A stretch of 64,000 bases of DNA from Gammaproteobacteria bacterium (lineage in GTDB: Bacteria > Pseudomonadota > Gammaproteobacteria > G965209235), in contig OZ242382.1 in assembly GCA_965209235.1 (NCBI GenBank), forward strand, positions 1,263,010 through 1,327,009, read 5' to 3'. A program made the translations under genes and the position numbers. Positions 18,800 through 27,390 of the stretch are shown here, in pieces; position 1 is the first letter of the stretch, and the number at the start of each line of letters is the position of its first letter. The notes under the pieces were generated by a model. The model was not told where the DNA came from and made no database searches. It saw nothing but the letters and a program-made list of their open reading frames with translations.

Positions 18800-20005
18800 G
18801 TGAGCGGCATTCGTGTAGTTTTCCCGATTCTGTTTGTCAACGCGCTTGGCCAGAGTTTTGTGTTTGCGGTGGTTCCGCCGTTGGCCAGGCAAGCTGGGTT
18901 GGTAGAGTGGCAGATCGGCGCTGTCTTTGGCGTGTCCGCGCTCCTTTGGGCTGTTGGCGCTGTGTTTTGGGGACGTGCGGTTGATCGCCGAGGTTCGCGC
19001 GCGGTGGCGATGTTGGGCATCGGTGGGTATGCGACATCCCTCACGGCATTTGGCACAGTCTTGATGGCTGGGATGGCGGGCCGCTTGACCGGGCTGACCC
19101 TATTTATCGCACTCATCATCACTCGTATGTTCAACGGCTTGTTTGGTAGCGCCGTACGGCCCGCGATATTTGCGCACATTGGACGCACCACCGGCCCCCG
19201 GGAAAGGGCTCCTGCCATGGCCACGGCGGAGTCGGGATTTTCTGTGGGTGCTGTCTTTGGTCCTGCGCTGGGCGGCGTTCTCGCGCTGTTGCATCCTTTG
19301 GCACCGTTTCTCCTCTTCGGTGGGGCGGGCATTCCGATCATGCTGCTCGCATGGTGGGGGCTGGCAGAAAAGAAAGGCCAGGCGGTCAGGCGCGCGGTAC
19401 AGCGGCTGCCAATGCGCTTGTTTGATCGCAGGATTGTGGCGACGCAAGGGGTATTCGTGTTGCATGGAATCGCGCATGCCGTGCTGATGCAAATGCTGGC
19501 CTTGCTTGTTATTGATCGTGCCATTGCCGGCGAACAGCTTGCGGCCGTTATCTCAGGCGCCGGATTCGCGGCGCTGTCTGCGGGCACCGTGGCTGGTCAG
19601 ATTCTGGTCGTCAGACAACGTCTTTTTAGCCTCTGGCGTACGGCGCAATTTGGTCCGGCTTTTGCGTCAGTCTCCATGGTGGCCATCTCGCTCAGCACGC
19701 ATTATTGGATGCTGATCCCCGCGATGTTTGTGCACGGCATTGCGGCCGCATCAACGCGCACCGCGACAACGGCGTGCGTGTCCCTTGCAGTGCGGAGCTC
19801 TGAGCAGGGGCAAGCCCAGGGATTTACGGCGAGCGTGGGTCCGATTGGTCACGTGATTGCCCCTTTCATGAGCGCGACGCTGTACGTGATTGATCCGAGG
19901 CTACCATTTGCGGTTGGCGCGTGTCTACTGCTGGTCGCAACCGTGATCGTGTCAGCGAGCCGGTCGATTCGGCGCGCAGCTCAGAGAGATGAATATGACA
20001 AGTGA
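18800..20005 (+). CDS. MFS transporter (GTG start inferred)
   Basis: 12 TM segments and MFS motif A GRAVDRRGSR between TM2 and TM3. Confidence 0.8.
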   Translation: MSGIRVVFPILFVNALGQSFVFAVVPPLARQAGLVEWQIGAVFGVSALLWAVGAVFWGRAVDRRGSRAVAMLGIGGYATSLTAFGTVLMAGMAGRLTGLTLFIALIITRMFNGLFGSAVRPAIFAHIGRTTGPRERAPAMATAESGFSVGAVFGPALGGVLALLHPLAPFLLFGGAGIPIMLLAWWGLAEKKGQAVRRAVQRLPMRLFDRRIVATQGVFVLHGIAHAVLMQMLALLVIDRAIAGEQLAAVISGAGFAALSAGTVAGQILVVRQRLFSLWRTAQFGPAFASVSMVAISLSTHYWMLIPAMFVHGIAAASTRTATTACVSLAVRSSEQGQAQGFTASVGPIGHVIAPFMSATLYVIDPRLPFAVGACLLLVATVIVSASRSIRRAAQRDEYDK

Positions 20006-21053
20006 CAGGCAGGCGACACAGCAACTGATTCTTCTGAATTTGGGCACCCCAAGCGCCCCCACGACACGGGCAGTGCGGACCTATCTCAGCGAGTTTCTCA
20101 CGGATCCGCGCGTCGTCCCTTTACCGTGGATCGCCAGACAGTTGTTAGTGCGCGGCATCATCGCGCCGCTGCGGTCTTTTGCTTCGGCCAAACGATATGC
20201 CAAGGTCTTTCGCGAAGACGGCTCTCCTCTGTTGAGTTACTCCAAAGCACTGGCTCCGAAGGTTGCCAGTCGTCTCGGGCCGCAATGGGCCGTCGACGTG
20301 GCGATGCGATACGGAGAACCCGCGTTGCCCGATGTCTTGCGAGAGGTGAAACGGCGGCGACCTGAGCGCATCGTGCTGTTACCGCTGTTTCCTCAATACG
20401 CATCAGCAACCACAGGGTCAGCGTTTGATCTGGCGTCCAAGACCTTGGCGAAATGGCACGACATGACGGCTGTGACAACGATTGATTCGTTTTGCAATGT
20501 GCCAGGATTTGTGCGCGCATTTGCGGCGCGCGGGAGGGCCGTGGACGCAGCCAGTCACGATCATGTGTTGTTTAGCTTTCATGGATTGCCGGTGAATGCC
20601 ACCTGCGGTGAGGCAGGCAAGTCCGCGTGCAAGGCGCGCGATTGCCAAAACGTGTACGGGCGCCACAATCGGCTGTGTTACAAAGCCTCGTGTTATGAGA
20701 CGGCGCGGCGTATCGCCGCAGAGTTGGGGTTGCCATCAGACCGCTGGACTGTCTCGTTTCAGTCGCGTATCTCAAGCGCGTGGGTCCGCCCGTTTACCGA
20801 TGAGGTTGCGGTGCAGCTCGCACAGAAAGGAGTCGCGCGACTGGCGGTGTATTCGCCCAGCTTTGTCACCGATTGTTTAGAAACCATCGAAGAAATCGAT
20901 ATCGATTTGAAAGAGATGTTTCTTCAGGCAGGAGGCAAGGAGTTGACGCTGGTGCCGTCGCTGAATGCGCGTGACGATTGGGCTGATGTGGTCGCGGATA
21001 TGGCGCGCGCTGCCGCGCCGATCGCTGTGAGTGCGGCCGATAGAATCGAGTGA
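19989..21053 (+). CDS. hemH: Ferrochelatase
   Basis: LILLNLGTPSAPT..VRTYLSEFLTDPRVV, SFHGLP and FVTDCLETIEEID are ferrochelatase motifs. Confidence 0.9.
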   Translation: MNMTSDRQATQQLILLNLGTPSAPTTRAVRTYLSEFLTDPRVVPLPWIARQLLVRGIIAPLRSFASAKRYAKVFREDGSPLLSYSKALAPKVASRLGPQWAVDVAMRYGEPALPDVLREVKRRRPERIVLLPLFPQYASATTGSAFDLASKTLAKWHDMTAVTTIDSFCNVPGFVRAFAARGRAVDAASHDHVLFSFHGLPVNATCGEAGKSACKARDCQNVYGRHNRLCYKASCYETARRIAAELGLPSDRWTVSFQSRISSAWVRPFTDEVAVQLAQKGVARLAVYSPSFVTDCLETIEEIDIDLKEMFLQAGGKELTLVPSLNARDDWADVVADMARAAAPIAVSAADRIE

Positions 21054-21072
21054 ACTGAACTCCCAAAGAACG

Positions 21073-21960
21073 ATGTTTCAACCCGACCTCCTCAAAGGCA
21101 AGCACATTCTCATTACCGGCGGCGGCAGTGGTCTCGGTAAAGAGATGGCCCGTGAATGCACCGAATTGGGTGCCAATGTGACGATCTGTGGCAGGCGGGG
21201 GTCAGTGCTCGAAGAGGCGAAAGCCGAGATTCAAGCCGGCACCGACGGCACGGTGTGGTGCCATGCGGTGGACATTCGCAATGCGGCGGACGTTGATGCG
21301 ATGGTCGGCGAAGCCTACGAGCGACAGCCGATTGATGGGTTAATCAACAACGCAGCAGGCAATTTCATTAGCCGCACGGCAGACTTGTCTCCACGCGGCT
21401 TTGATGCGATCGCCAATATCGTGCTACATGGCACGTTTTATTGCACGCAGGCCGTGGGTAAACGGTGGATTGACAACAAAAGATCCGGCTCGATCATCTC
21501 CATCACCACGACGTGGGTGTGGACGGGGTCACCGTATGTGGTTCCATCGGCCATGAGTAAGGCCGGCATACGCGCCATGACTCAATCGCTGGCGGTGGAG
21601 TGGGGGCAACACGGTATTCGCGTCAACAGCATCGCGCCGGGCCCATTTCCCACCGAAGGCGCATGGGCCCGCCTCTCGCCGGCGAGCTCTGGCGGTGATA
21701 CCTTGCGTGAAGACAACGATACCGGGATTCCCCTCGGTCGATTTGGTGATATGAAGGAATTGCGCAACCTGACGGCCTTCCTGTTATCGGATGGATGCGA
21801 CTACATCACGGGACAGACCATTGCGATTGATGGTGGACAATATCTCATGACAAATGGCGGTTTCGCCAGACTCAATCGATTGACCGACAGCGATTGGGAC
21901 AACATCAAGTCTCAGATTCGGCAGACGAATGAAAAAGACAAGGCCAAACGAACGGCCTAA
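21073..21960 (+). CDS. SDR-family oxidoreductase, 2,4-dienoyl-CoA reductase-like
   Basis: ITGGGSGLGKEMA Rossmann motif, NNAAGNF, and SAMSKAGIRAMTQSLAVEWG, which is typical of the DECR subgroup. Confidence 0.75.
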   Translation: MFQPDLLKGKHILITGGGSGLGKEMARECTELGANVTICGRRGSVLEEAKAEIQAGTDGTVWCHAVDIRNAADVDAMVGEAYERQPIDGLINNAAGNFISRTADLSPRGFDAIANIVLHGTFYCTQAVGKRWIDNKRSGSIISITTTWVWTGSPYVVPSAMSKAGIRAMTQSLAVEWGQHGIRVNSIAPGPFPTEGAWARLSPASSGGDTLREDNDTGIPLGRFGDMKELRNLTAFLLSDGCDYITGQTIAIDGGQYLMTNGGFARLNRLTDSDWDNIKSQIRQTNEKDKAKRTA

Positions 21961-21979
21961 GGAAGAGAGGACTAAAACA

Positions 21980-23452
21980 ATGATTGCGATCGAACTCGAA
22001 CACAAGCCTAAAGAAGCACTAGAGCGCTCACGCGCGCTGCTAGATGCCCAGAAAGCTGTTCATGTGTCTCACGGTGCACCAACGTACGAAGAGCGCATGG
22101 GGCGCTTGCTCCGCTTGTGGAAGCTGCTGTACGAAAACAAAGATGCCATTGCGGCCGCGCTCAATAAGGACTACGGTAACCGTCCTGACCAGCTGTCGAT
22201 GGCTGCTGACGTCGGTGGGTCTATCGCGCCGATTAAGCACATTCGTTCGAAACTGAAGTCATTGATGAAGTCGTCGAAGCGTGGTACGACCGTGCCGTTC
22301 AACCTCTTTGGCGCGAGATCTCATGTGCAGTATCAGCCGAAGGGATCGGTCGGAGTCATTGCACCTTGGAACTTCCCGGTTGTGTTGCTGGCTGGGCCGC
22401 TGGCCTGGATCATGGCTGCCGGTAATCGCGTGGTGTTGAAGCCATCAGAGCATGCCCCTGAAACGGCTCATCTTTTGGCGGAGTTGTTTGCCAAGTACTT
22501 CTCTGAAGAAGAAGTGGCAGTGGTCTTGGGTGATGGTGAAGTGGCAGCGGGATTTTGTGGCTTGCCATGGGATCACCTGCTCTACACCGGCGGAACTTCG
22601 ATTGCGTCTCACGTGATGCGTGCTGCGGCTGATAACCTCGTCCCTGTGACGTTAGAGCTGGGCGGCAAGTCGCCCGTGATCGTCGGAAAGGATGCGGATC
22701 TTGACCATGTCGCTGAGCGCGTCATGCTCGGGAAAACGTTCAACGCCGGCCAAATCTGTATTGCGCCTGACTACGCCATGATGGATGACTCCAAAGTGGA
22801 TGAGTTTGTGAATAAGGCGAAAGATAAGGTGGCCGAGATGTTCCCGACCATGGTGGATAACCCGGACTACGGCGCCATCATCAACCAGCGGCACTACGAA
22901 CGCGTGAAGGACATGATCGAAGACGCGCGCAACAAGGGCGCTGAGGTGATTCAAGTCAACCCGGCCAATGAAAACTTCGACCAACAGCCGCACCGCAAGA
23001 TTCCGCCGACGTTCATCAAACGTCCGACGGACGATATGCTCGTGATGCAAGAGGAAATCTTCGGACCGGTGTTGCCCGTTGTGTCAACCAAGGACGCTGA
23101 CGAAGCGATCGCTCGGGTGAACGCATCGGATCGTCCTTTGGCCCTGTACTACTTTGGCGATGATGTGGCCGAGAAGGACAAGGTGTTGGAGCGCACGACC
23201 AGCGGCGGCGTGACCGTCAACGACGTCATCACTCACATGCAGCAGCAAGAGCTGCCGTTTGGCGGTGTTGGGCATTCCGGCCAAGGTTCATGGCAAGGGG
23301 AAGAGGGTTTCCGGACCTTTAGCCATGCCAAAGCTGTGCATTCAGCCATGAAGTGGGACCCTCTCAAGTTGGCCAAGATGCTGATTCCGCCGTATGGCAA
23401 AGAGCTCGATAAGGCCATGTCGATGATCGTTCCGAAGCCACCAGCCTCTTAA
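21980..23452 (+). CDS. NAD(P)-dependent aldehyde dehydrogenase (ALDH3/coniferyl-aldehyde DH-like)
   Basis: ELGGKSP and FNAGQICIAPDY (catalytic Cys) motifs. AGGAAGAGAGG lies upstream of the ATG. Confidence 0.85.
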   Translation: MIAIELEHKPKEALERSRALLDAQKAVHVSHGAPTYEERMGRLLRLWKLLYENKDAIAAALNKDYGNRPDQLSMAADVGGSIAPIKHIRSKLKSLMKSSKRGTTVPFNLFGARSHVQYQPKGSVGVIAPWNFPVVLLAGPLAWIMAAGNRVVLKPSEHAPETAHLLAELFAKYFSEEEVAVVLGDGEVAAGFCGLPWDHLLYTGGTSIASHVMRAAADNLVPVTLELGGKSPVIVGKDADLDHVAERVMLGKTFNAGQICIAPDYAMMDDSKVDEFVNKAKDKVAEMFPTMVDNPDYGAIINQRHYERVKDMIEDARNKGAEVIQVNPANENFDQQPHRKIPPTFIKRPTDDMLVMQEEIFGPVLPVVSTKDADEAIARVNASDRPLALYYFGDDVAEKDKVLERTTSGGVTVNDVITHMQQQELPFGGVGHSGQGSWQGEEGFRTFSHAKAVHSAMKWDPLKLAKMLIPPYGKELDKAMSMIVPKPPAS

Positions 23453-23464
23453 CAGGACCTCGTC

Positions 23465-24868
23465 GTGAACACGGCCGCAATATCGTTTGGATTCGGAGTC
23501 TATTTCGCGATTCTTGCGGTCATTACGGTTCTGGCAACCCGGCGTACGAAATCGAGCGCCGACTACGCGATTGGTGGTCGGAGTTTGGGGGTCATGGTCA
23601 TTGCCTTCAGCGCCGGTGCGACAGAGTTGTCGGGGTGGGTCTTGTTGGGATTGCCGCGGCTCGCGTTCGTCAGCGGACAAGAAGCGCTGTGGACGATCGC
23701 AGGATTGCTCACCGGTGTGTGGCTCAACTGGACATTGCTGGCGCGAAAGCTCAGGGAGCGTTCGGAAGAACTGAACTCGATCACGGTCCCGTCGTTGCTG
23801 CGTCTTCACCTCGGTGGGGACAGCATGACGTTGCAGCGTGTGTCTGCGATTGTGATCCTGGTCTTTTTTACGATCTATGTCTCTGCCCAACTAGTCGCAG
23901 GCGGCAAACTCTTGTCCTCATCGTTCGACATTGATTACCAACTGGCGGTGGTTATCTCGTGCGGGATCATTCTGGTGTACACCACCGTGGGCGGCTTTAT
24001 TGCCGTCAGTTGGACGGACGTCTTTCAGGCGCTGTTGATGTTGGCGGCGCTCATCTTTATTCCGTTGTTTGCCTTGTCATTGGCAGCAAGCGACGCGCCC
24101 GCCCATGCTGAGTTTCCGTCCCTCGTCGATCACTTTGGCGTCTTTCCAGGTGCCATCGCGGTGGTGTCGGCGCTGGCGTGGGGGCTTGGGTATTTCGGCC
24201 AGCCTCATTTGATCATGCGGTTTAAGGCTCTCAAAGATCCCGCCCTCATGAACCGGGCACGCAACATCAGCTTCACATGGACAGCCGCTTGCATGCTGGC
24301 GGCGTGCTTGGCCGGGTATGCCGGGAGCGTGTTCGTTGGCGCAGAAATGATGGCACCGCTCGATGATCCAGAGCGGGTGTTTATCGTGTTGATTGAAACC
24401 GTGACCCATCCGATTGTCGCCGGTGTGTTGTTGAGTGCGATTCTGGCGGCCGCGATGTCGACGGCCGACTCGCAACTGCTCGTGGCGGGCACGTCTTTGG
24501 GGTACGACTTCTCACGTAACAAATCGAAGCATCAGCTCATGATTGGACGGCTTGCCGTGATGGCCGTGGCCATTGTGGCAGGTGCGGTGGCGTTTGACGA
24601 TACGTCGGGCGTGTTAGGGCTGGTTGCCTATGCGTGGTCTGGGTTAGGTTCGACGTTTGGTGCCGTCTTCCTCGTTTCCGTGCTGTGGCCTCATGTCACT
24701 GCGAAAGCGGCCATTGCAGGCATGGTGGTTGGCGCCACTGTGACCGTGGGGTGGCGCAATGTGTCGGGTGGCATCTTCGATGTCTATGAACTGCTGCCAG
24801 CTTTCTTACTGGCGAGCGCCACGATCATCGGTGTCAGCATGGTTCAGCGGGGACGGCAGACCGCCTAA
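23465..24868 (+). CDS. Sodium:solute symporter family transporter (PutP-like)
   Basis: About 13 TM segments, SSS-like N-terminal region (ADYAIGGRSLG) and length. Confidence 0.8.
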   Translation: MNTAAISFGFGVYFAILAVITVLATRRTKSSADYAIGGRSLGVMVIAFSAGATELSGWVLLGLPRLAFVSGQEALWTIAGLLTGVWLNWTLLARKLRERSEELNSITVPSLLRLHLGGDSMTLQRVSAIVILVFFTIYVSAQLVAGGKLLSSSFDIDYQLAVVISCGIILVYTTVGGFIAVSWTDVFQALLMLAALIFIPLFALSLAASDAPAHAEFPSLVDHFGVFPGAIAVVSALAWGLGYFGQPHLIMRFKALKDPALMNRARNISFTWTAACMLAACLAGYAGSVFVGAEMMAPLDDPERVFIVLIETVTHPIVAGVLLSAILAAAMSTADSQLLVAGTSLGYDFSRNKSKHQLMIGRLAVMAVAIVAGAVAFDDTSGVLGLVAYAWSGLGSTFGAVFLVSVLWPHVTAKAAIAGMVVGATVTVGWRNVSGGIFDVYELLPAFLLASATIIGVSMVQRGRQTA

Positions 24869-24872
24869 CCTC

Positions 24873-26114
24873 ATGAAGCGATATGCGGCGTGGCTGGGAT
24901 TACGCTACGCACTGGCTCCCGGCGGCGGGTTCACAACGTTCGTCGCGATCACCGCGGTCGTTGGCCTGACCATCGGAGTGTGCGTTCTCATCGTGGTCTT
25001 GAGCGTGTTAAACGGATTCAGCCGTGAGCTTCGCACCCGCATCCTTGGTGTGGTGCCACACGCGGTGCTGTTTCATGCAGACGGACAACCTTGGAAGGAT
25101 TGGCGCGAGGTCATTCGGATCGCTGAAGAGGCGCCGTCTGTCGTGGCTGCGTCACCGTTAATTGAGTATCAAGGATTGGTCTCAGGGACGGGCCGCGCAG
25201 CCGGAGCCTTGATTGCCGGCATTGACCCCGCGATTGAACAACGCACGTCGATTTTGTCGAGCGGGATCATTCATGGGAATCTGGACGACGTCGAACCCGG
25301 GACGTGGCGCGTGGCGCTGGGATCAGGACTCGCATCTCGAATTGATGCTGAGGTCGGTGATTTTGTGGCCTTCATGCTGCCTGTCGCACGAGCCGGACTT
25401 CTTGGCTTACAGCCACGAATGCGCCGATTTAAGGTCGTGGCTGTTTTTGAAATGCAAGCGCAGATTGATGATTACTATGCGTATGTTCACTGGGAAGATC
25501 TGGCGCGCCTTGCTGATCAACCCGGTCGGGTGAATATTCGCCTGCGCGCGACGGACATTTTTCAAGCCAAACAAGCGGTGCGAGAAGCTGGCACGGCGAT
25601 TGCTCAAAGCGGTGAATCGATTTCAGCCACAGACTGGTCTCAAACCCATGGCACGTTGTTTGATGCCGTGGCGCTAGAGCGCGTCATGATCGGCATGTTG
25701 CTGTCGATCATCGTTGCAGTCGCAGCCTTCAACATCTTATCTACGCTCATGATGGTGGTGAACGCGAAACGGGCTGACATTGCCGTCTTACAAACCATGG
25801 GCATGTCAACGACCGGAATCGCGGTGGTCTTCGTGGGCATGGGTGCGGTCATCGGTTCGGCCGGCGTGACACTCGGTGTATTGCTCGGCGTGCCTTTGGC
25901 GTACGCCGCTCCTCAGATCGTTGCCTCGCTCGAGGAATGGACAGGCCGACCACTGCTTCAGGCGTATTTCATTAATTACTTGCCGTCTGATGTCGACATG
26001 TCACAGGTGGCGTTCATCGCGCTGGTCTCCTGGATCTTGGCGCTGCTATCCACGTTGTGGCCGGCCTTGGCAGCCACGCGCGTGTTACCTGCACGAGAGC
26101 TGCGCCATGCCTGA
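24873..26114 (+). CDS. Lipoprotein-releasing system permease (LolC/LolE family; the only one at this locus)
   Basis: MKRYAAWLGLRYAL start, a large periplasmic loop between TM1 and TM2, a C-terminal FtsX-type 3-TM bundle, and lolD immediately downstream. Confidence 0.85.
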   Translation: MKRYAAWLGLRYALAPGGGFTTFVAITAVVGLTIGVCVLIVVLSVLNGFSRELRTRILGVVPHAVLFHADGQPWKDWREVIRIAEEAPSVVAASPLIEYQGLVSGTGRAAGALIAGIDPAIEQRTSILSSGIIHGNLDDVEPGTWRVALGSGLASRIDAEVGDFVAFMLPVARAGLLGLQPRMRRFKVVAVFEMQAQIDDYYAYVHWEDLARLADQPGRVNIRLRATDIFQAKQAVREAGTAIAQSGESISATDWSQTHGTLFDAVALERVMIGMLLSIIVAVAAFNILSTLMMVVNAKRADIAVLQTMGMSTTGIAVVFVGMGAVIGSAGVTLGVLLGVPLAYAAPQIVASLEEWTGRPLLQAYFINYLPSDVDMSQVAFIALVSWILALLSTLWPALAATRVLPARELRHA

Positions 26115-26802
26115 GGGTATCGTGTTGAGCGCGGTGGACGTGCATTTAACGTATCACACTGCCAGTGCGGAAGTGTCCGTGCTCAGAGGTGTCAACGTGG
26201 CGATTGAGGCCGCCACGACGGTCGCCATCATTGGCGCTTCAGGGAGCGGGAAGAGTTCGCTCCTGCATATCTTGGCTGCCATCGAAAAGCCGACGGCCGG
26301 CCACGTATTGATCGATGGCACCGACCCTTTTCAGATCTCAGCGGGCGCAAGAACTGCGTTGCGGGCAAAGACCATCGGCCTGGTGTATCAAGAGCCTCGG
26401 CTATTACGAGAACTCACGGCGGAAGAGAATGTCGCCGCTCCTTTGAGGATTGCAGGATTGGGTGGTCGAGCGGCACGCGAACGTGCTCGGACCATGTTGG
26501 CCCTTATGGGGTTATCGGAGCGGTTTACCCACCGGCCTCACGCGATGTCCGGTGGTGAGCGCCAACGCACGGCAACCGCGCGAGCGATGGCTGGTCATCC
26601 AAAGATCTTGTTGATGGATGAACCCACTGGTAGTCTCGATCGGGTATCGGGCGATGCGGTGGTTAAGTTGACGTTGGAGGCATGTCAAGAACGCGGAATT
26701 GCAACAGCGCTTGCGACGCACGATCTCAGGTTGGCGAGCGCAATGACGAGATGTTTAGAGCTCGAAGCGGGGCAGTTACAGCCGGCGATTCTGACGGCTT
26801 GA
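26107..26802 (+). CDS. lolD: Lipoprotein-releasing system ATP-binding protein LolD
   Basis: Walker A GASGSGKSS, signature MSGGERQR and Walker B LLMDEPTGSLD. 8-nt overlap with the permease gene. Confidence 0.9.
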   Translation: MPEGIVLSAVDVHLTYHTASAEVSVLRGVNVAIEAATTVAIIGASGSGKSSLLHILAAIEKPTAGHVLIDGTDPFQISAGARTALRAKTIGLVYQEPRLLRELTAEENVAAPLRIAGLGGRAARERARTMLALMGLSERFTHRPHAMSGGERQRTATARAMAGHPKILLMDEPTGSLDRVSGDAVVKLTLEACQERGIATALATHDLRLASAMTRCLELEAGQLQPAILTA

Positions 26803-27363
26803 GTGTCGCGTAATGAATCGCATAGCGCGCCGGCGAATGCGGGCGAGCCGCCGTTCTCTCTTCAGTGTTTCCCACCACCGGCCGACGCTCCAACCGATCA
26901 CTGACGTCATACAACCCATCACAACGCAACCCAAGAATAGTTTGGTGAACCAGAGCGTTTCGTTGGCGTCGGTGCTGGCGCTTAAGATGCTATCTCCCAC
27001 CAGCAAAGACCCCACAGAATAAGCAATCACCCCCATGGGTGCATATGTCAGGGGGTTAGAAATCCAAACGAGCGCAAAGGCGCCAATGACATTCGCACGA
27101 AACACGTAGCACGCCATGCCAGCAAGGATCATCTGAAACGGGATCGGAATCCACGTGCAGATGCCGCCGATGGCGAGCCCGCGGGCGAGGCATCCGCCTC
27201 CAGTGCGCCAGAGTTCCGGGCGGTGGAGGAAGGGACGGAGTAAGCGCCCCATCGGACTGCGGAGAAACGCCCGGCGGCGAAACGGTCGACGCTGCGGTTT
27301 CAAGTGAAAAGATCCGATCTCAGACGTCGTGGCATCACGAGACGAGCGTCTGGAAATGCGCAT
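26776..27363 (-). CDS. DUF2062 domain membrane protein
   Basis: LHRPELW...ARGLAIGG...PFQMILAGMACYVFRANV...WISNPLT matches the DUF2062 pattern. Its position between lolD and comEC is as in Pseudomonas-type genomes. Confidence 0.7.
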   Translation of the reverse strand: MRISRRSSRDATTSEIGSFHLKPQRRPFRRRAFLRSPMGRLLRPFLHRPELWRTGGGCLARGLAIGGICTWIPIPFQMILAGMACYVFRANVIGAFALVWISNPLTYAPMGVIAYSVGSLLVGDSILSASTDANETLWFTKLFLGCVVMGCMTSVIGWSVGRWWETLKRERRLARIRRRAMRFITRHSSRQNRRL

Positions 27364-27390
27364 AGTGCATCACCCAATCGCTTTGCTCCG

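Noticed and set aside
18763-19587. Long antisense ORF (274 aa) opposite the MFS transporter. Similar long antisense ORFs occur at 29255-29890, 37157-37777, 43608-44180, 30387-30977, 39221-39799, 23342-23890 and 40762-41304.
   Set aside because: They are Arg/Pro/Ser/Ala-rich with low complexity and no motifs. Each lies opposite a gene with strong family signatures. These are typical shadow ORFs of GC-rich coding DNA.
24759-24872. Upstream extensions of several ORFs: lolC (24759), lolD (25876), exbB (29051), ilvE (43014), ALDH (21929), SDR (21031), pal (7945) and nth (62755).
   Set aside because: Each extension overlaps the preceding well-supported gene, and the family-typical N-terminus starts at an internal Met. 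The internal starts are used in the feature list.
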